Source: a virus
Taxonomy: Duplodnaviria; Caudoviricetes
DNA: 64,000 nucleotides
IMG/VR virus record: IMGVR_UViG_3300014205_000182
Span: 79,725-143,724 of that record
Strand: one strand, 5' to 3'
Shown one piece after another: positions 47,425 to 57,314 of this stretch. The notes under the pieces are model-generated. The model did no database searches. It was given only the letters and a program-made list of their open reading frames with translations, and was not told the origin of the DNA. The position numbers and the translations under genes are program-made. The first letter of the stretch is position 1, and each line of letters begins with the position of its first letter.

Positions 47425-48467
47425 TCGGCTCCCAGGCGGAACAAGTAGATTAGACCAGGCCCACCGTCAAACCCGTCCTTGTTAGCGGTAACGTTCGCCG
47501 CTCCAGCAGTTCCGTGAACACCGCCTGCGGCTGAGCAGGTCGGAAAATCACCTGTACCAATGAAACATAGGATAACACCACCACCGCCTCCAGACCCTGC
47601 ACCGCTGTTATTACCTACAAGCGGCCCAGCGTTCCCACCTTTACCACCTCTACAATTCAGGATACCAGTACCTACGATGGTGTTAGCGGCGACTACACAC
47701 ACTCCACCACCACTGCCACCACCTCCTGCACCTGATCCGTTGCCACCGGTCGCACCACCACGACCACCACCGCCGCCAGTTCCGCCGAAGAACTGAACTC
47801 CTGTAACCGATCGTCCGTGTATCGCGTTCCAGGGCGAGGATAGGTTGTTACCAACGTTGTCGTTGAGCAGGGTAATGCTACCACCAGCGCCGGTTCCTCC
47901 ACCGGCCGCTGCGCCGCCTGCGCCGCCCTGACACGTTCCGCCTGTGCCTGTGGCACCACCGGCAGTCATGCCCTTGGCTCCGGAAACGTGAGCACCCCCA
48001 GCACCGCCAGCACCACCACCGCCGCCGTTGGCTCCTGCGCCACCGATAGTACTGCCGCCGAGAAGTGTAGCCGCACGAGCAGCCCCACCCGCTCCACCTA
48101 GAATGGAACCGGCTGCACCAGTAGCGCCATCTCCTCCCCAGAAACCGATACCACCACCTGCACCAATCGTAAGCGTGCCGGCTACAAACACGCGATAACC
48201 GCCAGTGTACAGCCACACCCCAGGATCGATTGTCAGGTTATTTGCGAAGATATCAAACGTCATGATGTACTGCTGATATCCGCCAGCATCAACCGCCGAC
48301 TGCGCACCAGCAGACGGTGCCATCGCTGTGGTTACGCCTGACGCATCAGGAACGTTGACAGTGGTGGAACCATCAAAAACAAGATCGCCGGCTTCGCCTG
48401 TTCCGAAGAAGTCCGTAACGGCGCCGCCCCCGCCACCGCCCTGCCCTGATAGTCGTGCTCCAATCAT
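47421..48467 (-). CDS. glycine-rich tail fibre-like protein
   Basis: extensive GGxGG repeats. Confidence 0.65.
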   Translation of the reverse strand: MIGARLSGQGGGGGGAVTDFFGTGEAGDLVFDGSTTVNVPDASGVTTAMAPSAGAQSAVDAGGYQQYIMTFDIFANNLTIDPGVWLYTGGYRVFVAGTLTIGAGGGIGFWGGDGATGAAGSILGGAGGAARAATLLGGSTIGGAGANGGGGGAGGAGGAHVSGAKGMTAGGATGTGGTCQGGAGGAAAGGGTGAGGSITLLNDNVGNNLSSPWNAIHGRSVTGVQFFGGTGGGGGRGGATGGNGSGAGGGGSGGGVCVVAANTIVGTGILNCRGGKGGNAGPLVGNNSGAGSGGGGGVILCFIGTGDFPTCSAAGGVHGTAGAANVTANKDGFDGGPGLIYLFRLGAE

Positions 48468-49156
48468 TTGCTATCCTTAACAATTGCTACAATTGCTCGC
48501 TGATAAGTCGTGCCGCCTTGACCTGCCAGAATTTGCCTTGCAAGCTTTGCATCTTCCAGACAGAATTTTCGAGCCTTAGACAGGCGCCAGACTGGTCGGT
48601 AGTACGGCCACGAGTAGTGACTAACCATGTAGTTCTGGTACCAGTCAGCTTCGATATCCCAACCGCGAGCAGCGTCGCAGATCATCGAGATTAGGTAACC
48701 ACGACGTTCCCAGTGTGTGCGACCCGGCGCTGGCCAAGGTGCTAGAGCAGCTAGCGCGAGCAAACACCACAGCATCGGAGCCCACCAGATCGCGCCGATA
48801 GCCCCGAGTGCTAGCAACGCTAGCGGGACCGGGAACAGATAAGACAGCGAGAACCACGGCTGGTTACCGTTACCGTCGATAAGGTGCTGCCCTTCGTGGG
48901 CGAGTGTACGGGCCGCAGCGCCCGGCTGTTCGTTCACGTAACCGTCCGGGAAGTACACCGTCTTACCGATCGTCGTCGTGTAGTCCGTCATGAACTTCTG
49001 ATTGAACGGGTAGAGCAACACGGCAATGATTTTCATCAGCAGCGATGAACCCTTGTTGCGGATCTTGAACCCCACTGCGCTATGCAGCAGGTTCGCAACC
49101 GCATCGAGTTTCTCACGATCCGTCATCGGCACGTTAAGGAACCCAATCGCCATCAA
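48464..49156 (-). CDS. membrane-bound HExxH metallopeptidase-like protein
   Basis: TTIG..VYFP, LAHEGQH, TM hairpin, WE..GY. Confidence 0.65.
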   Translation of the reverse strand: MMAIGFLNVPMTDREKLDAVANLLHSAVGFKIRNKGSSLLMKIIAVLLYPFNQKFMTDYTTTIGKTVYFPDGYVNEQPGAAARTLAHEGQHLIDGNGNQPWFSLSYLFPVPLALLALGAIGAIWWAPMLWCLLALAALAPWPAPGRTHWERRGYLISMICDAARGWDIEADWYQNYMVSHYSWPYYRPVWRLSKARKFCLEDAKLARQILAGQGGTTYQRAIVAIVKDSK

Positions 49157-50574
49157 GGTGTACCGTCCACGCTGGTGACAGCGATATTTGCCGAGTTAAA
49201 CACCGCCAACTGGCGAAGGCTGATCGGGATTGTCGTGCTCGTAGCAGGAGCAGCGGCGTCGTCGATGAAGCACTGAGTCACGTCGAGTACACCGGTGACG
49301 GAGTGGATTGCTGCGATGATGCGCGAGGCCGTAACGTCTTTTCCTGTTGACTGAGCGTCTCCGTAAGCAACGATCGCTGCTTTGACCTGGGCGTCACCGT
49401 CGGACGGGTAAAGGTCCGGGTCCTTGGTCAACTCGATGTCGATGTAGATATCAACTTCGGTAGGACGTGAGAACGACATGGTGTGAGCCGTACCTTCGTC
49501 GTCCAGCGATGTACCGACGACGTCAGTACCCGCAGGATCTGCGTAGGTCAGAATTCCGGCAGCAACACCGTCGAGCAGGGTGTCCCAGATCGACTGATCG
49601 AATGCTGCGTCGGGGGAGTCGGGTCCACGCACCAGTGCCTCGATCGAGTGTGGTGGCAGTGTCCCGCCAGCTACAACCAGAGGAGCGTCGGTGTTGTTGA
49701 CGAAGATCGAAACCGAGACGACATCCGGGATTGCCAGAAGCTCTGCACGAATGGCGTTGACTGGAGATGAGCCACCAGCGGCAAGCTCCTGCTCGCGAAG
49801 CAGACGTAGTTCAGAATCGGTAGCAATCGCAGTTCCAGCATCAGCATCATCGAGGTTGATGACGCCAGTCCAACCGCTCAGAGAGTTAACGATTTCTAGA
49901 ATGTCGTAGGCAGCTGCGGTAACGGGACCAGCTTCAACTGCACGACCGACAACGTCAATACACCCTTCGCCTTGACCGAGGTAAACCCAGGTGACGGTCC
50001 CGTCCACGATTTCAGTAAACGACTGAGGGACGTTTGAAGGATCCGGAAAGTCGGGCGCGACGAGTGCCTCACTGGTCGCAGCACTAACACCGGCGACTAG
50101 ACACTGATAGACACCGTCGTCAACAAACACGCGGTCATCGACGGCGTATGCTGTCAACGCAGCCCAAGCGTCGACTGTTGCAATCACAGCATCTGTGTTG
50201 GTCTGAAATTCGACCTGGGTGCTGACCGTACGAACCTTCTGGCCAGCCGGCACGTTCGTCGTCGGTACGCCGGTCAGAACGAGATCGACTGCTGAGTACG
50301 TAGCAGGCGGGCGTAGGGTACCAGTGAGCAGACAAATCTGTTCCAGAGCAGCGCCGGTGGCAGCGTCAGGGTCACTGGAAGCGTTAACTACCTCGGCAAG
50401 CTCCCAGAGAACAGCAAGACGTTCTGCAACGATTCCGACGAGTTGGCCCAGGATGCTCTGGTCATCTAGGCGGATCGAAGGACCAAAGGCCTGCTGCAAA
50501 GCTGCGCCCATTTCGTCACGAATGATGTCGAGGGTCTTTAGTAGGAAGCCCTCTGTAGTTAGTCCATACGCCAT
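49153..50574 (-). CDS. baseplate J-like wedge protein with CBM-like insert
   Basis: PDAATGAALE, G.V.A, G....DSELR.R, PPHSIE, FSRP; insert W..TAYAVDDRV..GVYQC..DGTVTW. Confidence 0.85.
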   Translation of the reverse strand: MAYGLTTEGFLLKTLDIIRDEMGAALQQAFGPSIRLDDQSILGQLVGIVAERLAVLWELAEVVNASSDPDAATGAALEQICLLTGTLRPPATYSAVDLVLTGVPTTNVPAGQKVRTVSTQVEFQTNTDAVIATVDAWAALTAYAVDDRVFVDDGVYQCLVAGVSAATSEALVAPDFPDPSNVPQSFTEIVDGTVTWVYLGQGEGCIDVVGRAVEAGPVTAAAYDILEIVNSLSGWTGVINLDDADAGTAIATDSELRLLREQELAAGGSSPVNAIRAELLAIPDVVSVSIFVNNTDAPLVVAGGTLPPHSIEALVRGPDSPDAAFDQSIWDTLLDGVAAGILTYADPAGTDVVGTSLDDEGTAHTMSFSRPTEVDIYIDIELTKDPDLYPSDGDAQVKAAIVAYGDAQSTGKDVTASRIIAAIHSVTGVLDVTQCFIDDAAAPATSTTIPISLRQLAVFNSANIAVTSVDGTP

Positions 50575-50600
50575 TGCTGTGATATTAGCATGTTAGACGT

Positions 50601-50616
50601 TGGCACGCTCCTTGCT
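50601..50616 (+). promoter_or_regulatory. sigma54-type -24/-12 promoter
   Basis: TGGCAC-GCTCC-TTGCT upstream of 50647. Confidence 0.6.
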
Positions 50617-50646
50617 TAACTACCGATTAAGACGTACCTTTACCAG

Positions 50647-51330
50647 GTGAGTGACGTACCATCTCTAGAGGAAATTATCGAAGACGGGGTCGAAGCGGCC
50701 CTGGGCAGAGTCGAGACAGCCCAGATCGGCACAGTCACGGCGTTCAATGCACAGAACCATACCGTCAGTGTTCAACCGGTTCACATGAAAAAGTACGAAC
50801 GGGAGGACGGTGGTTTTTCGTGGGTCAAACAGCCCATCATTCCGAACGTGCCGATCTGGTTCTTCGGCTCATCGGAAGCTCGTGTAGTATTCCCGATTGA
50901 GCCCGGTTCGACGGTGTTACTCGTTCATCTGAGTGAGTCAAAAACCGCCTGGCAGTTCTCACAACAGGGCGTAACCATGATTTCGGATGACCAGCGTAAG
51001 CACTCGCTGACTGACTGTGTTGCCATCCCGGGCGGCTTGACGGTAAGTACTGCCGCTAAGCAATTCTCACGCGGTTCCTCAAAGATTATCGGCGACACGC
51101 TGACAATCCACACGCCGGGGAAGATCAGGCTTGGTGGTGGTCTTGTGGTTTCGCCTGTTGCGATGAAGACGGATTTGCAGATGATTAACGCAGCCCTAGC
51201 AACAGCGAGTGCCGCACTCAATACACTCGGTGTTTCCGGCGCCCCGGGGAAAATTGCTGTCGACGCGATTATCACCGCACTGAACGCCCTGAACTTCCCG
51301 GTATGTTCATCGGTTACGGAGACTGAATAA
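50647..51330 (+). CDS. baseplate central spike (Gp138/gp45-like)
   Basis: TA..G.V.AF...TVSVQP, P.I.NVP, FPI.PG..V, RKHSLTD.VAIPG. Confidence 0.8.
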   Translation: MSDVPSLEEIIEDGVEAALGRVETAQIGTVTAFNAQNHTVSVQPVHMKKYEREDGGFSWVKQPIIPNVPIWFFGSSEARVVFPIEPGSTVLLVHLSESKTAWQFSQQGVTMISDDQRKHSLTDCVAIPGGLTVSTAAKQFSRGSSKIIGDTLTIHTPGKIRLGGGLVVSPVAMKTDLQMINAALATASAALNTLGVSGAPGKIAVDAIITALNALNFPVCSSVTETE

Positions 51331-51710
51331 TGCTTGAAACAGAACCACGCGATCTCCTACTCGACAGCCAGAACGACCTGGTTGTAACTACAGACCTCGG
51401 GTGGTCACGAGGAATCCCGGGCGTAATGCAGGACTGTCGCATCAAGCTTCAGATGTTCAAGGGTGAGTGGTTCCTCGACCTCGACGCCGGCATCCCTTAC
51501 TGGGGACAAATCCTCGGCCAGAAGCCTGCTGTTGCCATTGCAGCAATCGGAGCATCGTTCACCGAGACACTCCTAAGCGTCGAAGATGTCATTTCAGTTA
51601 CGAAGATGGAGATTGTACATAACCGCTCCGCACGAAGTCTGTCAGTTAGCTGGCAAGTGCGTTGTCAATTCGGGTTAACTCCGGTCGACACACTCAATAT
51701 CCCGGTCTAA
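51330..51710 (+). CDS. baseplate wedge/sheath initiator (gp25/gp46-like)
   Basis: Q..RIKL..FKGEWFLD..AGIPY..ILG. Confidence 0.8.
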   Translation: MLETEPRDLLLDSQNDLVVTTDLGWSRGIPGVMQDCRIKLQMFKGEWFLDLDAGIPYWGQILGQKPAVAIAAIGASFTETLLSVEDVISVTKMEIVHNRSARSLSVSWQVRCQFGLTPVDTLNIPV

Positions 51711-52601
51711 CTATTTTTTACCAATTGGCTTGATTTCAACTTCAGTGAGCCAGTCCTGGCCGTGGGTGTCGCCGCGATGCTTCACGTTCTTCACTTTGAA
51801 GACACCTTTTAGGTCGCGCGAGATGACGTTTACCGGGTGACCTGGGCGAATCTCAGGGTAAAGCAAGGATCGAATCGTGACATCCGGAGCCTTGCCCTTT
51901 TTGCTAGGCTTACCAAATTCTGGCGAACCGATCATCCCATTTTCTTCGCTTAGTGTGTAGGTCTGCCCGACAGTCTCTTCTTCGCTGACGATTACGGGCT
52001 GATTGTCCTGGATAGACATCGTCATGCCGTGGGGCTTCAAGAAAGTGTCAATGACGTCCTTGTGTTTTCCGAATAGCGCAACACCGCCCTGGACAACCTT
52101 TTGAAAGATCGGGTTCTTTTTGATGTTGTCTGGAACCTGCTGCCCGACTGCCTTAAAGGCATCCTCCAGGATGGAGATCTGCTTAACCCCGTGTGCGTAA
52201 CTCTTGTTAACGCGTGCGTTGTTCAGTACTCGATCTCCGTCACCAAGCTCGATAGCCGTCTCCCAATCCGCACCATTCAACGTCGACATGCACCACGTCA
52301 CGTCGCCTGTGAAGATTGTGGCTAGCCCGCCGACATAGCCTGCTTCTAGAATACAACGCAGGTGAGGCTTCTTGAATGCAGACCTGGTCTCTTCGCTAAG
52401 ATTTGTGATTTTGATACGACACGAGTTAGGGTGCCTCTTGAGGTTGTGTTCAATTTCAAACTCAACGCGCATGTCCTCAATCACGATACCGTTCGCGTGG
52501 GGCTCTGCCTTGATGTCGTACGAGTCAAGGAACAACGGCTCAGTCGTACTAAGAACCGTAACCTTGACGCGGCGGTCGAATAGGCGATCAGCAACCATCA
52601 A
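51711..52601 (-). CDS. baseplate hub protein
   Basis: I.ITNLS, LEAGY, IFTG, GDG, SIQD, GMIGSPE, H.GDTHG..W. Confidence 0.85.
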   Translation of the reverse strand: MMVADRLFDRRVKVTVLSTTEPLFLDSYDIKAEPHANGIVIEDMRVEFEIEHNLKRHPNSCRIKITNLSEETRSAFKKPHLRCILEAGYVGGLATIFTGDVTWCMSTLNGADWETAIELGDGDRVLNNARVNKSYAHGVKQISILEDAFKAVGQQVPDNIKKNPIFQKVVQGGVALFGKHKDVIDTFLKPHGMTMSIQDNQPVIVSEEETVGQTYTLSEENGMIGSPEFGKPSKKGKAPDVTIRSLLYPEIRPGHPVNVISRDLKGVFKVKNVKHRGDTHGQDWLTEVEIKPIGKK

Positions 52602-52963
52602 GCCCTCGTCAACAGTGCAGCGAGATCTTCCGTCGTGAAGTGCCAGACCTGAACACGTGTGCCGAGGTCGTCGAATCCCGGATCGAGCTTGTCGAGTGAG
52701 GTATCGATTGCGATGATGGAATTCTCGTTAAAGAACGGGTGGGCTGCTCGTCTTCCAAGAGCCACGTTCAGTACGATTTTTACTCCTGCCACTAACAAGA
52801 TACCGTCGGCGTCGTAGAGGTCAAAATACCAAGCACCGTCACGGTAGTCGCGACCATTCCAGTGAACGTCGAACGTGTACACACCTGTACCCTCCGACGT
52901 CGTTAGTTCAGAGCTAAACCGGTAGTTACCTTCAGACGGGATGAAATTTAGGAGTGCTGCCAT
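52598..52963 (-). CDS. baseplate plug protein
   Basis: Y.F..WN.R..W.FDL.D..G..L.AG. Confidence 0.75.
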   Translation of the reverse strand: MAALLNFIPSEGNYRFSSELTTSEGTGVYTFDVHWNGRDYRDGAWYFDLYDADGILLVAGVKIVLNVALGRRAAHPFFNENSIIAIDTSLDKLDPGFDDLGTRVQVWHFTTEDLAALLTRA

Positions 52964-54162
52964 TACTTTTTCTTCCAGTTGTTGTGTAGCTGCTCAAGAG
53001 GGCCTGGACCCTTTGGCTTAGCGCTCGTGTCCTCGAAATTACCCTTGCTCTGGTATCCGGGCCTTTCCGTCAGGTTGGATTGTGGATGCGTGTCCTTACG
53101 ACTCAGGTTGCCCATATCGTCGCGCACGTTCTTTGACAGATATGGTGTGCCTGCCACACCAGCAGGGCCAGCGCCTTGGTTGCGTGTGTAACCTTGATCC
53201 ACAAGATAGTTTCCTAGGTGCTCGCGATCTTTCTTGTCTCGCAGATAGTCCTTCTCAAAATCGCGAAGTTCCTTTGCGTTGAGTCGCGCTCCTCGCTTGG
53301 TTTCAAAAATAGGGGCGTAGGTTGGGCCTGGACCGATCGCACCGGTGGCACGCGTAACGTCCTCTGGGTTTCGGCCGTTCTTAAGCCCTCGCTCGCTCTC
53401 CCAAAAGAACCAACCGCCAGCACCGCCGGTATGTCTGATCGACGCAGCGATCTCGCTACCCTTGTTGGACTGGATGTACTTAACCTGGACGGTGTTGTAG
53501 ATCAGCGAACTACCAGGTGGGTTAGCCTGACGCCACAACACGGTCTGCTCGTACTGACCGGATGACAATGTCGGCTGTGGTCCACGATTTCGCTTCTTCT
53601 TGCTGTTACGTGTCGCCGTACGAATACGCTGGTTCGTGACCTGCTTGATCTGCTTGAAGTCAGCTGTGAAAGTCAGGCCACCAGTCGTCTCCTTGGAGCG
53701 TGGGACGCTGAGAGATTCGAGCGCCATGTTGTTAAACGTGCCGAGTGATGTGCGAATTGTGACAGGGTTTCGCGACTCGTAGATAGACCTCAAGTAGAGA
53801 TAAGCCTGTTCAGAACGCAAGAACTTGATTGCAACCGGTGCAGCAAGCGACGGTGCGGCTAGATTACCGATCAGCTGCATGGTGCTGGTAGGAGACAGTG
53901 ACCCGCCAGAGATGGCGTCAACAGTCGCATTCTCCTTGTACGGATCTTCGAGTTGCTGTAGCTGGTTGATTGCGTTGCTAGTCAACGGCGTGTCGGTGAT
54001 AATCCCTGTGATTGAAACCGTGATTGGCTTTGGTCGGATATTGTCGCTGATGGCACCACCAGACTCAACCGGGAACTCGGTTACTTCGGATTCAAACTTG
54101 TGATCCTCGTTTAGAGAAACGTCAAGAATGTACTGTCCAATGCGTACAAATGTGCTGCTCAT
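52963..54162 (-). CDS. Dit-like tail tube initiator/baseplate protein
   Basis: E.H..ESEVTEFPVESG..ISD.I..KP, NM....L. Confidence 0.75.
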   Translation of the reverse strand: MSSTFVRIGQYILDVSLNEDHKFESEVTEFPVESGGAISDNIRPKPITVSITGIITDTPLTSNAINQLQQLEDPYKENATVDAISGGSLSPTSTMQLIGNLAAPSLAAPVAIKFLRSEQAYLYLRSIYESRNPVTIRTSLGTFNNMALESLSVPRSKETTGGLTFTADFKQIKQVTNQRIRTATRNSKKKRNRGPQPTLSSGQYEQTVLWRQANPPGSSLIYNTVQVKYIQSNKGSEIAASIRHTGGAGGWFFWESERGLKNGRNPEDVTRATGAIGPGPTYAPIFETKRGARLNAKELRDFEKDYLRDKKDREHLGNYLVDQGYTRNQGAGPAGVAGTPYLSKNVRDDMGNLSRKDTHPQSNLTERPGYQSKGNFEDTSAKPKGPGPLEQLHNNWKKK

Positions 54163-55709
54163 TTGACGTTCCTCTTTGCCTTACGAAGGGCTGCGGCCAT
54201 GGCATCTTCGGAGGTACCGGCAAACGAGTCCTTAGCCTCTGCCGCATCCTTCACCCCGGTGATGTTGACCGTGGTTGGCGCATTGATGCTGACCGCATTC
54301 GAACCGCTCATGTCACGCTCTGGTGTACGGTAAGCTCCACCCGTGACGTCGAAAGCTCCCGCTGCTGGTCCCAGGAACATCTGCTCCACACCACGACCGG
54401 CAGCACCGGCGTCACCGGTGGCGATTCCGGCGATAGTTTTTCCAACGCCAATCATGTTACTGATTAGCGGGATCTTGTTCATGACGTCCCAAACGTCCCC
54501 AGCAGCATTCTTAACTGCTTCGAAGATTGCGACGACTTCATCCTTCCAGACGTAGAGTGCAGCCGCAAAAGCTGCGAGCAAGATTAGAGCGGGCACGACG
54601 GGTCCACCTACTCCGAGCCACATTATCAAGCCAGCCGCACCGACTGCAATCAAGATCGTCGGGAGCGCCCCGAGGTGCTTGTACAGCTTGGTGAACATGT
54701 AGAACAGACCCGCGCCTGCAAACATCGGCCATGCGATAGCGAGCCACGAGCCGATAGCCAGGATAGCCATCTTGGCAAACATCGCACCGATCATCACGAG
54801 GAACGACACGAGGATATCCTCGTGATCCATGAGCCAGCCGAAACCGGCTCGCATTGCGTTAAATACGGTAGCCAGTACCGCACCGACAGCGTCGGCCCAA
54901 GCTTTGATTCGCTCTCGATTGTTGTCTAGCCAGTCGCCGATATCCTTAAGGGTATCCTTGAGCGCGAGAAAAAGACCTTCACCAACCTTGCCGAGTGTCT
55001 GAGCAATAGCGTCCTTGAAGCGATCGACGCGACCAGACATACTATTGGCCTGGCGCTCGATCATCTCCTGGACTTGCTTGCTACCGATGCCCTCTTCAAA
55101 CAGCGCCACACGCTGCTTGTCGGTCAATGACTTAAGGTAAGCGCGGTCCTTATCGACGGCGTCGTAGCCGCCCTTCTTTCCGTCGTGTCGCTTGACGTTC
55201 TTCAGAACGGTACGCGAGAATGTGTCGACGGCGTTAAGCTTGCCGAAGTTGACAAACTCTCGAATATCTCGTGCGGACTTCTGCCAGTTTTCGCCAAGGC
55301 CCTTAGACAGAACGAACGAGTTAACGGTGAACTGTTCCATCTGCTCAAGCGATGCGCCTGCCGCAGCAAGAGGCTGGGTAATCATACCGAGCATCTGCAC
55401 GTAGTCTTGCGTGCTACCAGGTAGCTCTGCGGCCTTTGCACGCAGGCTGTCGTACATCTTATCGGCGTTGCCAAGCTCGTCCGTTAGCGACGTCTTCTTG
55501 GCGAACGAAAGCATCGACGCGATCTGGTTCTTCGCGTCTTCAACCTTCATGTTGAAGCCGATCAGTGCGCTCCCTAGAGCACGACCTGCAAAGATCGCAG
55601 TTACCGCCGTTCCGATACGACGGAAGTGGTCGATGCGTGCGTCACCCTTCTTCCAGCTAGCTTTATCCACAAGCAAACCCAAGGTGACGTTAAGGGCTCC
55701 CACATTCAT
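54159..55709 (-). CDS. tape measure protein (short, 516 aa)
   Basis: helical Ala-rich protein with hydrophobic segments, position after chaperone. Confidence 0.8.
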   Translation of the reverse strand: MNVGALNVTLGLLVDKASWKKGDARIDHFRRIGTAVTAIFAGRALGSALIGFNMKVEDAKNQIASMLSFAKKTSLTDELGNADKMYDSLRAKAAELPGSTQDYVQMLGMITQPLAAAGASLEQMEQFTVNSFVLSKGLGENWQKSARDIREFVNFGKLNAVDTFSRTVLKNVKRHDGKKGGYDAVDKDRAYLKSLTDKQRVALFEEGIGSKQVQEMIERQANSMSGRVDRFKDAIAQTLGKVGEGLFLALKDTLKDIGDWLDNNRERIKAWADAVGAVLATVFNAMRAGFGWLMDHEDILVSFLVMIGAMFAKMAILAIGSWLAIAWPMFAGAGLFYMFTKLYKHLGALPTILIAVGAAGLIMWLGVGGPVVPALILLAAFAAALYVWKDEVVAIFEAVKNAAGDVWDVMNKIPLISNMIGVGKTIAGIATGDAGAAGRGVEQMFLGPAAGAFDVTGGAYRTPERDMSGSNAVSINAPTTVNITGVKDAAEAKDSFAGTSEDAMAAALRKAKRNVK

Positions 55710-55789
55710 GAAGGATTCTCCATACTTAGGTAAGTCTGTTCACCTGTCACAGGGTTATAACGATTCGACACTCAATCAGGATAGCAGTC

Positions 55790-55805
55790 TGGCGCCTGCC
55801 TTGCA
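55790..55805 (+). promoter_or_regulatory. sigma54-type promoter
   Basis: TGGCGC-CTGCC-TTGCA upstream of 55842. Confidence 0.5.
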
Positions 55806-55841
55806 TGTCGGACACCTTGTGGTAGGTTGGTGCGTATATTT

Positions 55842-56672
55842 ATGCATCTAGTGTATGGTTTAATTGATCCACAGACCCTTATTGTCAGGTACGTAGGAAA
55901 AACAACACGTGGGCTAGAGCGTCCGATGGAACATATGACCAAATCCACCAGTGCCAAAACACATTTGGGGTACTGGTTACGTAAGCTCCGTGAATCAGGG
56001 TTAACCTACAACGTTGTAGTACTAGAAGAAACCACAGAAGCCAACCTTAACGACAGTGAGCGATGGTGGATCGCCTATGGTCGATTGAGTGGGTGGAGAC
56101 TCACAAACGGCACCGACGGTGGGGACGGTGCTACGGCGGGGGCAACCAACGTCGCCAAACGACCAGAAGTTCGCGCCAAGATTAAAGCGCATGTAAATGC
56201 CCGCCCGACGATCTCAGAAGTCACCCGCGCAAGAATGCGGAAAGCCGCACGGGAGCGCCCTCGTCGATCTCACACCGAAGAAACCAAAGATAAGATTCGC
56301 CAAGCTAATCTGGGCAAGGTCGTCGGCGAAAACACACGCCGAAAAATCAGTGAGGCCAACGTCGGGTATCGTCACACCGAAGAAGCAAAAGCAAAGATGC
56401 GAGGCTTGCAGATCGGTGAGACCAACGTTTCAAAACGCCCCGAAGTGCGTCAGAAAATCAGCGAAAGTCACAAGTCGAATCCTAAGGTGTTAGCTAACCT
56501 TGCCGCAATTCACGAAAGGAAGCGTGTGAAGGACGTGCAGTGTGGTACGCGACTCGGATATGCCAGAGCAGTTCAAGCTAGACGAAACAGTGAGGCCAAC
56601 TGTGGTCCTTGTGCTGCCTGTAAAGAAGCAGCGGCGACTTACGCTCGTGAGCGTCGCCACAACAAAATCTAG
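55842..56672 (+). mobile_element. free-standing GIY-YIG homing endonuclease with NUMOD3 repeats
   Basis: VYGL.DP...RYVGKT, E..WI, LTN.T.GGDG, HTEETK.KI repeats; antisense insertion in tail operon. Confidence 0.85.
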
Positions 56673-56894
56673 TTACTTATTCGGGCCACGAGAGGCCTCA
56701 CTCCAGGCATCGAGTACGTCGTTAGCGTCTAGAACATCGTCTAGACTCATCTTGAAGTGAAGATCATCCCAGGTCGCTTTGTCGTCACACCAGAGTCTCC
56801 AGCAAACCCACTGGTACTCAAGGTGCTTGGGGAGTACTACTGGCCGAGCGTCTGGGTTGGGGGAGCGGGGTCTTCGCTCCCTTCGTTGAAATCC
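56673..56894 (-). CDS. tail assembly chaperone C-terminal extension (probable -1 frameshift product)
   Basis: open -1 frame ..LPKHLEYQWVCWRLW..MSLDDVLDANDVLD..*, candidate slip G_GAT_TTC. Confidence 0.6.
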   Translation of the reverse strand, partial: GFQRRERRPRSPNPDARPVVLPKHLEYQWVCWRLWCDDKATWDDLHFKMSLDDVLDANDVLDAWSEASRGPNK

Positions 56895-57235
56895 CCGAAG
56901 TTGACCTCAATAGCATGACCAATAACCTGAAATAGCATCTTCAGCTTGCCAGAAAACACCGCGTCGATGTTTGCCTGGGTGTTCAGAGTGATGATCTTGT
57001 GCGTAGGAGTGCGTACGAGGGCCGTGGTGCCCTCCAAAAGGTCAAGCACTAGCTTACGGGCACCAGGACCATCGAGCCCTGCAAGGAGCCCGGCAGCGTT
57101 AACCTGCGAGTCTGGGTTCATCCCGGCAGTGAGGCGCTGAAGAGTCACCATGACTTCCAGAGCACGCATGGCGGCAAACTGGGTAGTGTTGAACTCGATA
57201 TCGTCAATTGTGATAGGTACGGTCTTTAAAGACAT
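56837..57235 (-). CDS. tail assembly chaperone
   Basis: between tube and TMP; ID.VF.G..EVNFGDF. Confidence 0.8.
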   Translation of the reverse strand: MSLKTVPITIDDIEFNTTQFAAMRALEVMVTLQRLTAGMNPDSQVNAAGLLAGLDGPGARKLVLDLLEGTTALVRTPTHKIITLNTQANIDAVFSGKLKMLFQVIGHAIEVNFGDFNEGSEDPAPPTQTLGQ

Positions 57236-57254
57236 GGCACGATTCTAGCACAAA

Positions 57255-57286
57255 TGAAAAATCCACCCGTTAAGGTGGATTTTTCA
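57255..57286. terminator. bidirectional intrinsic terminator
   Basis: TGAAAAATCCACC-CGTTAA-GGTGGATTTTTCA. Confidence 0.75.
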
Positions 57287-57314
57287 CTCGCAACTAGGGA
57301 TTAACTAGTTAATA

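Noticed and set aside
50575-51711. Invertase-driven phase variation
   Set aside because: No inverted repeats at the junctions and no recombinase in the window.
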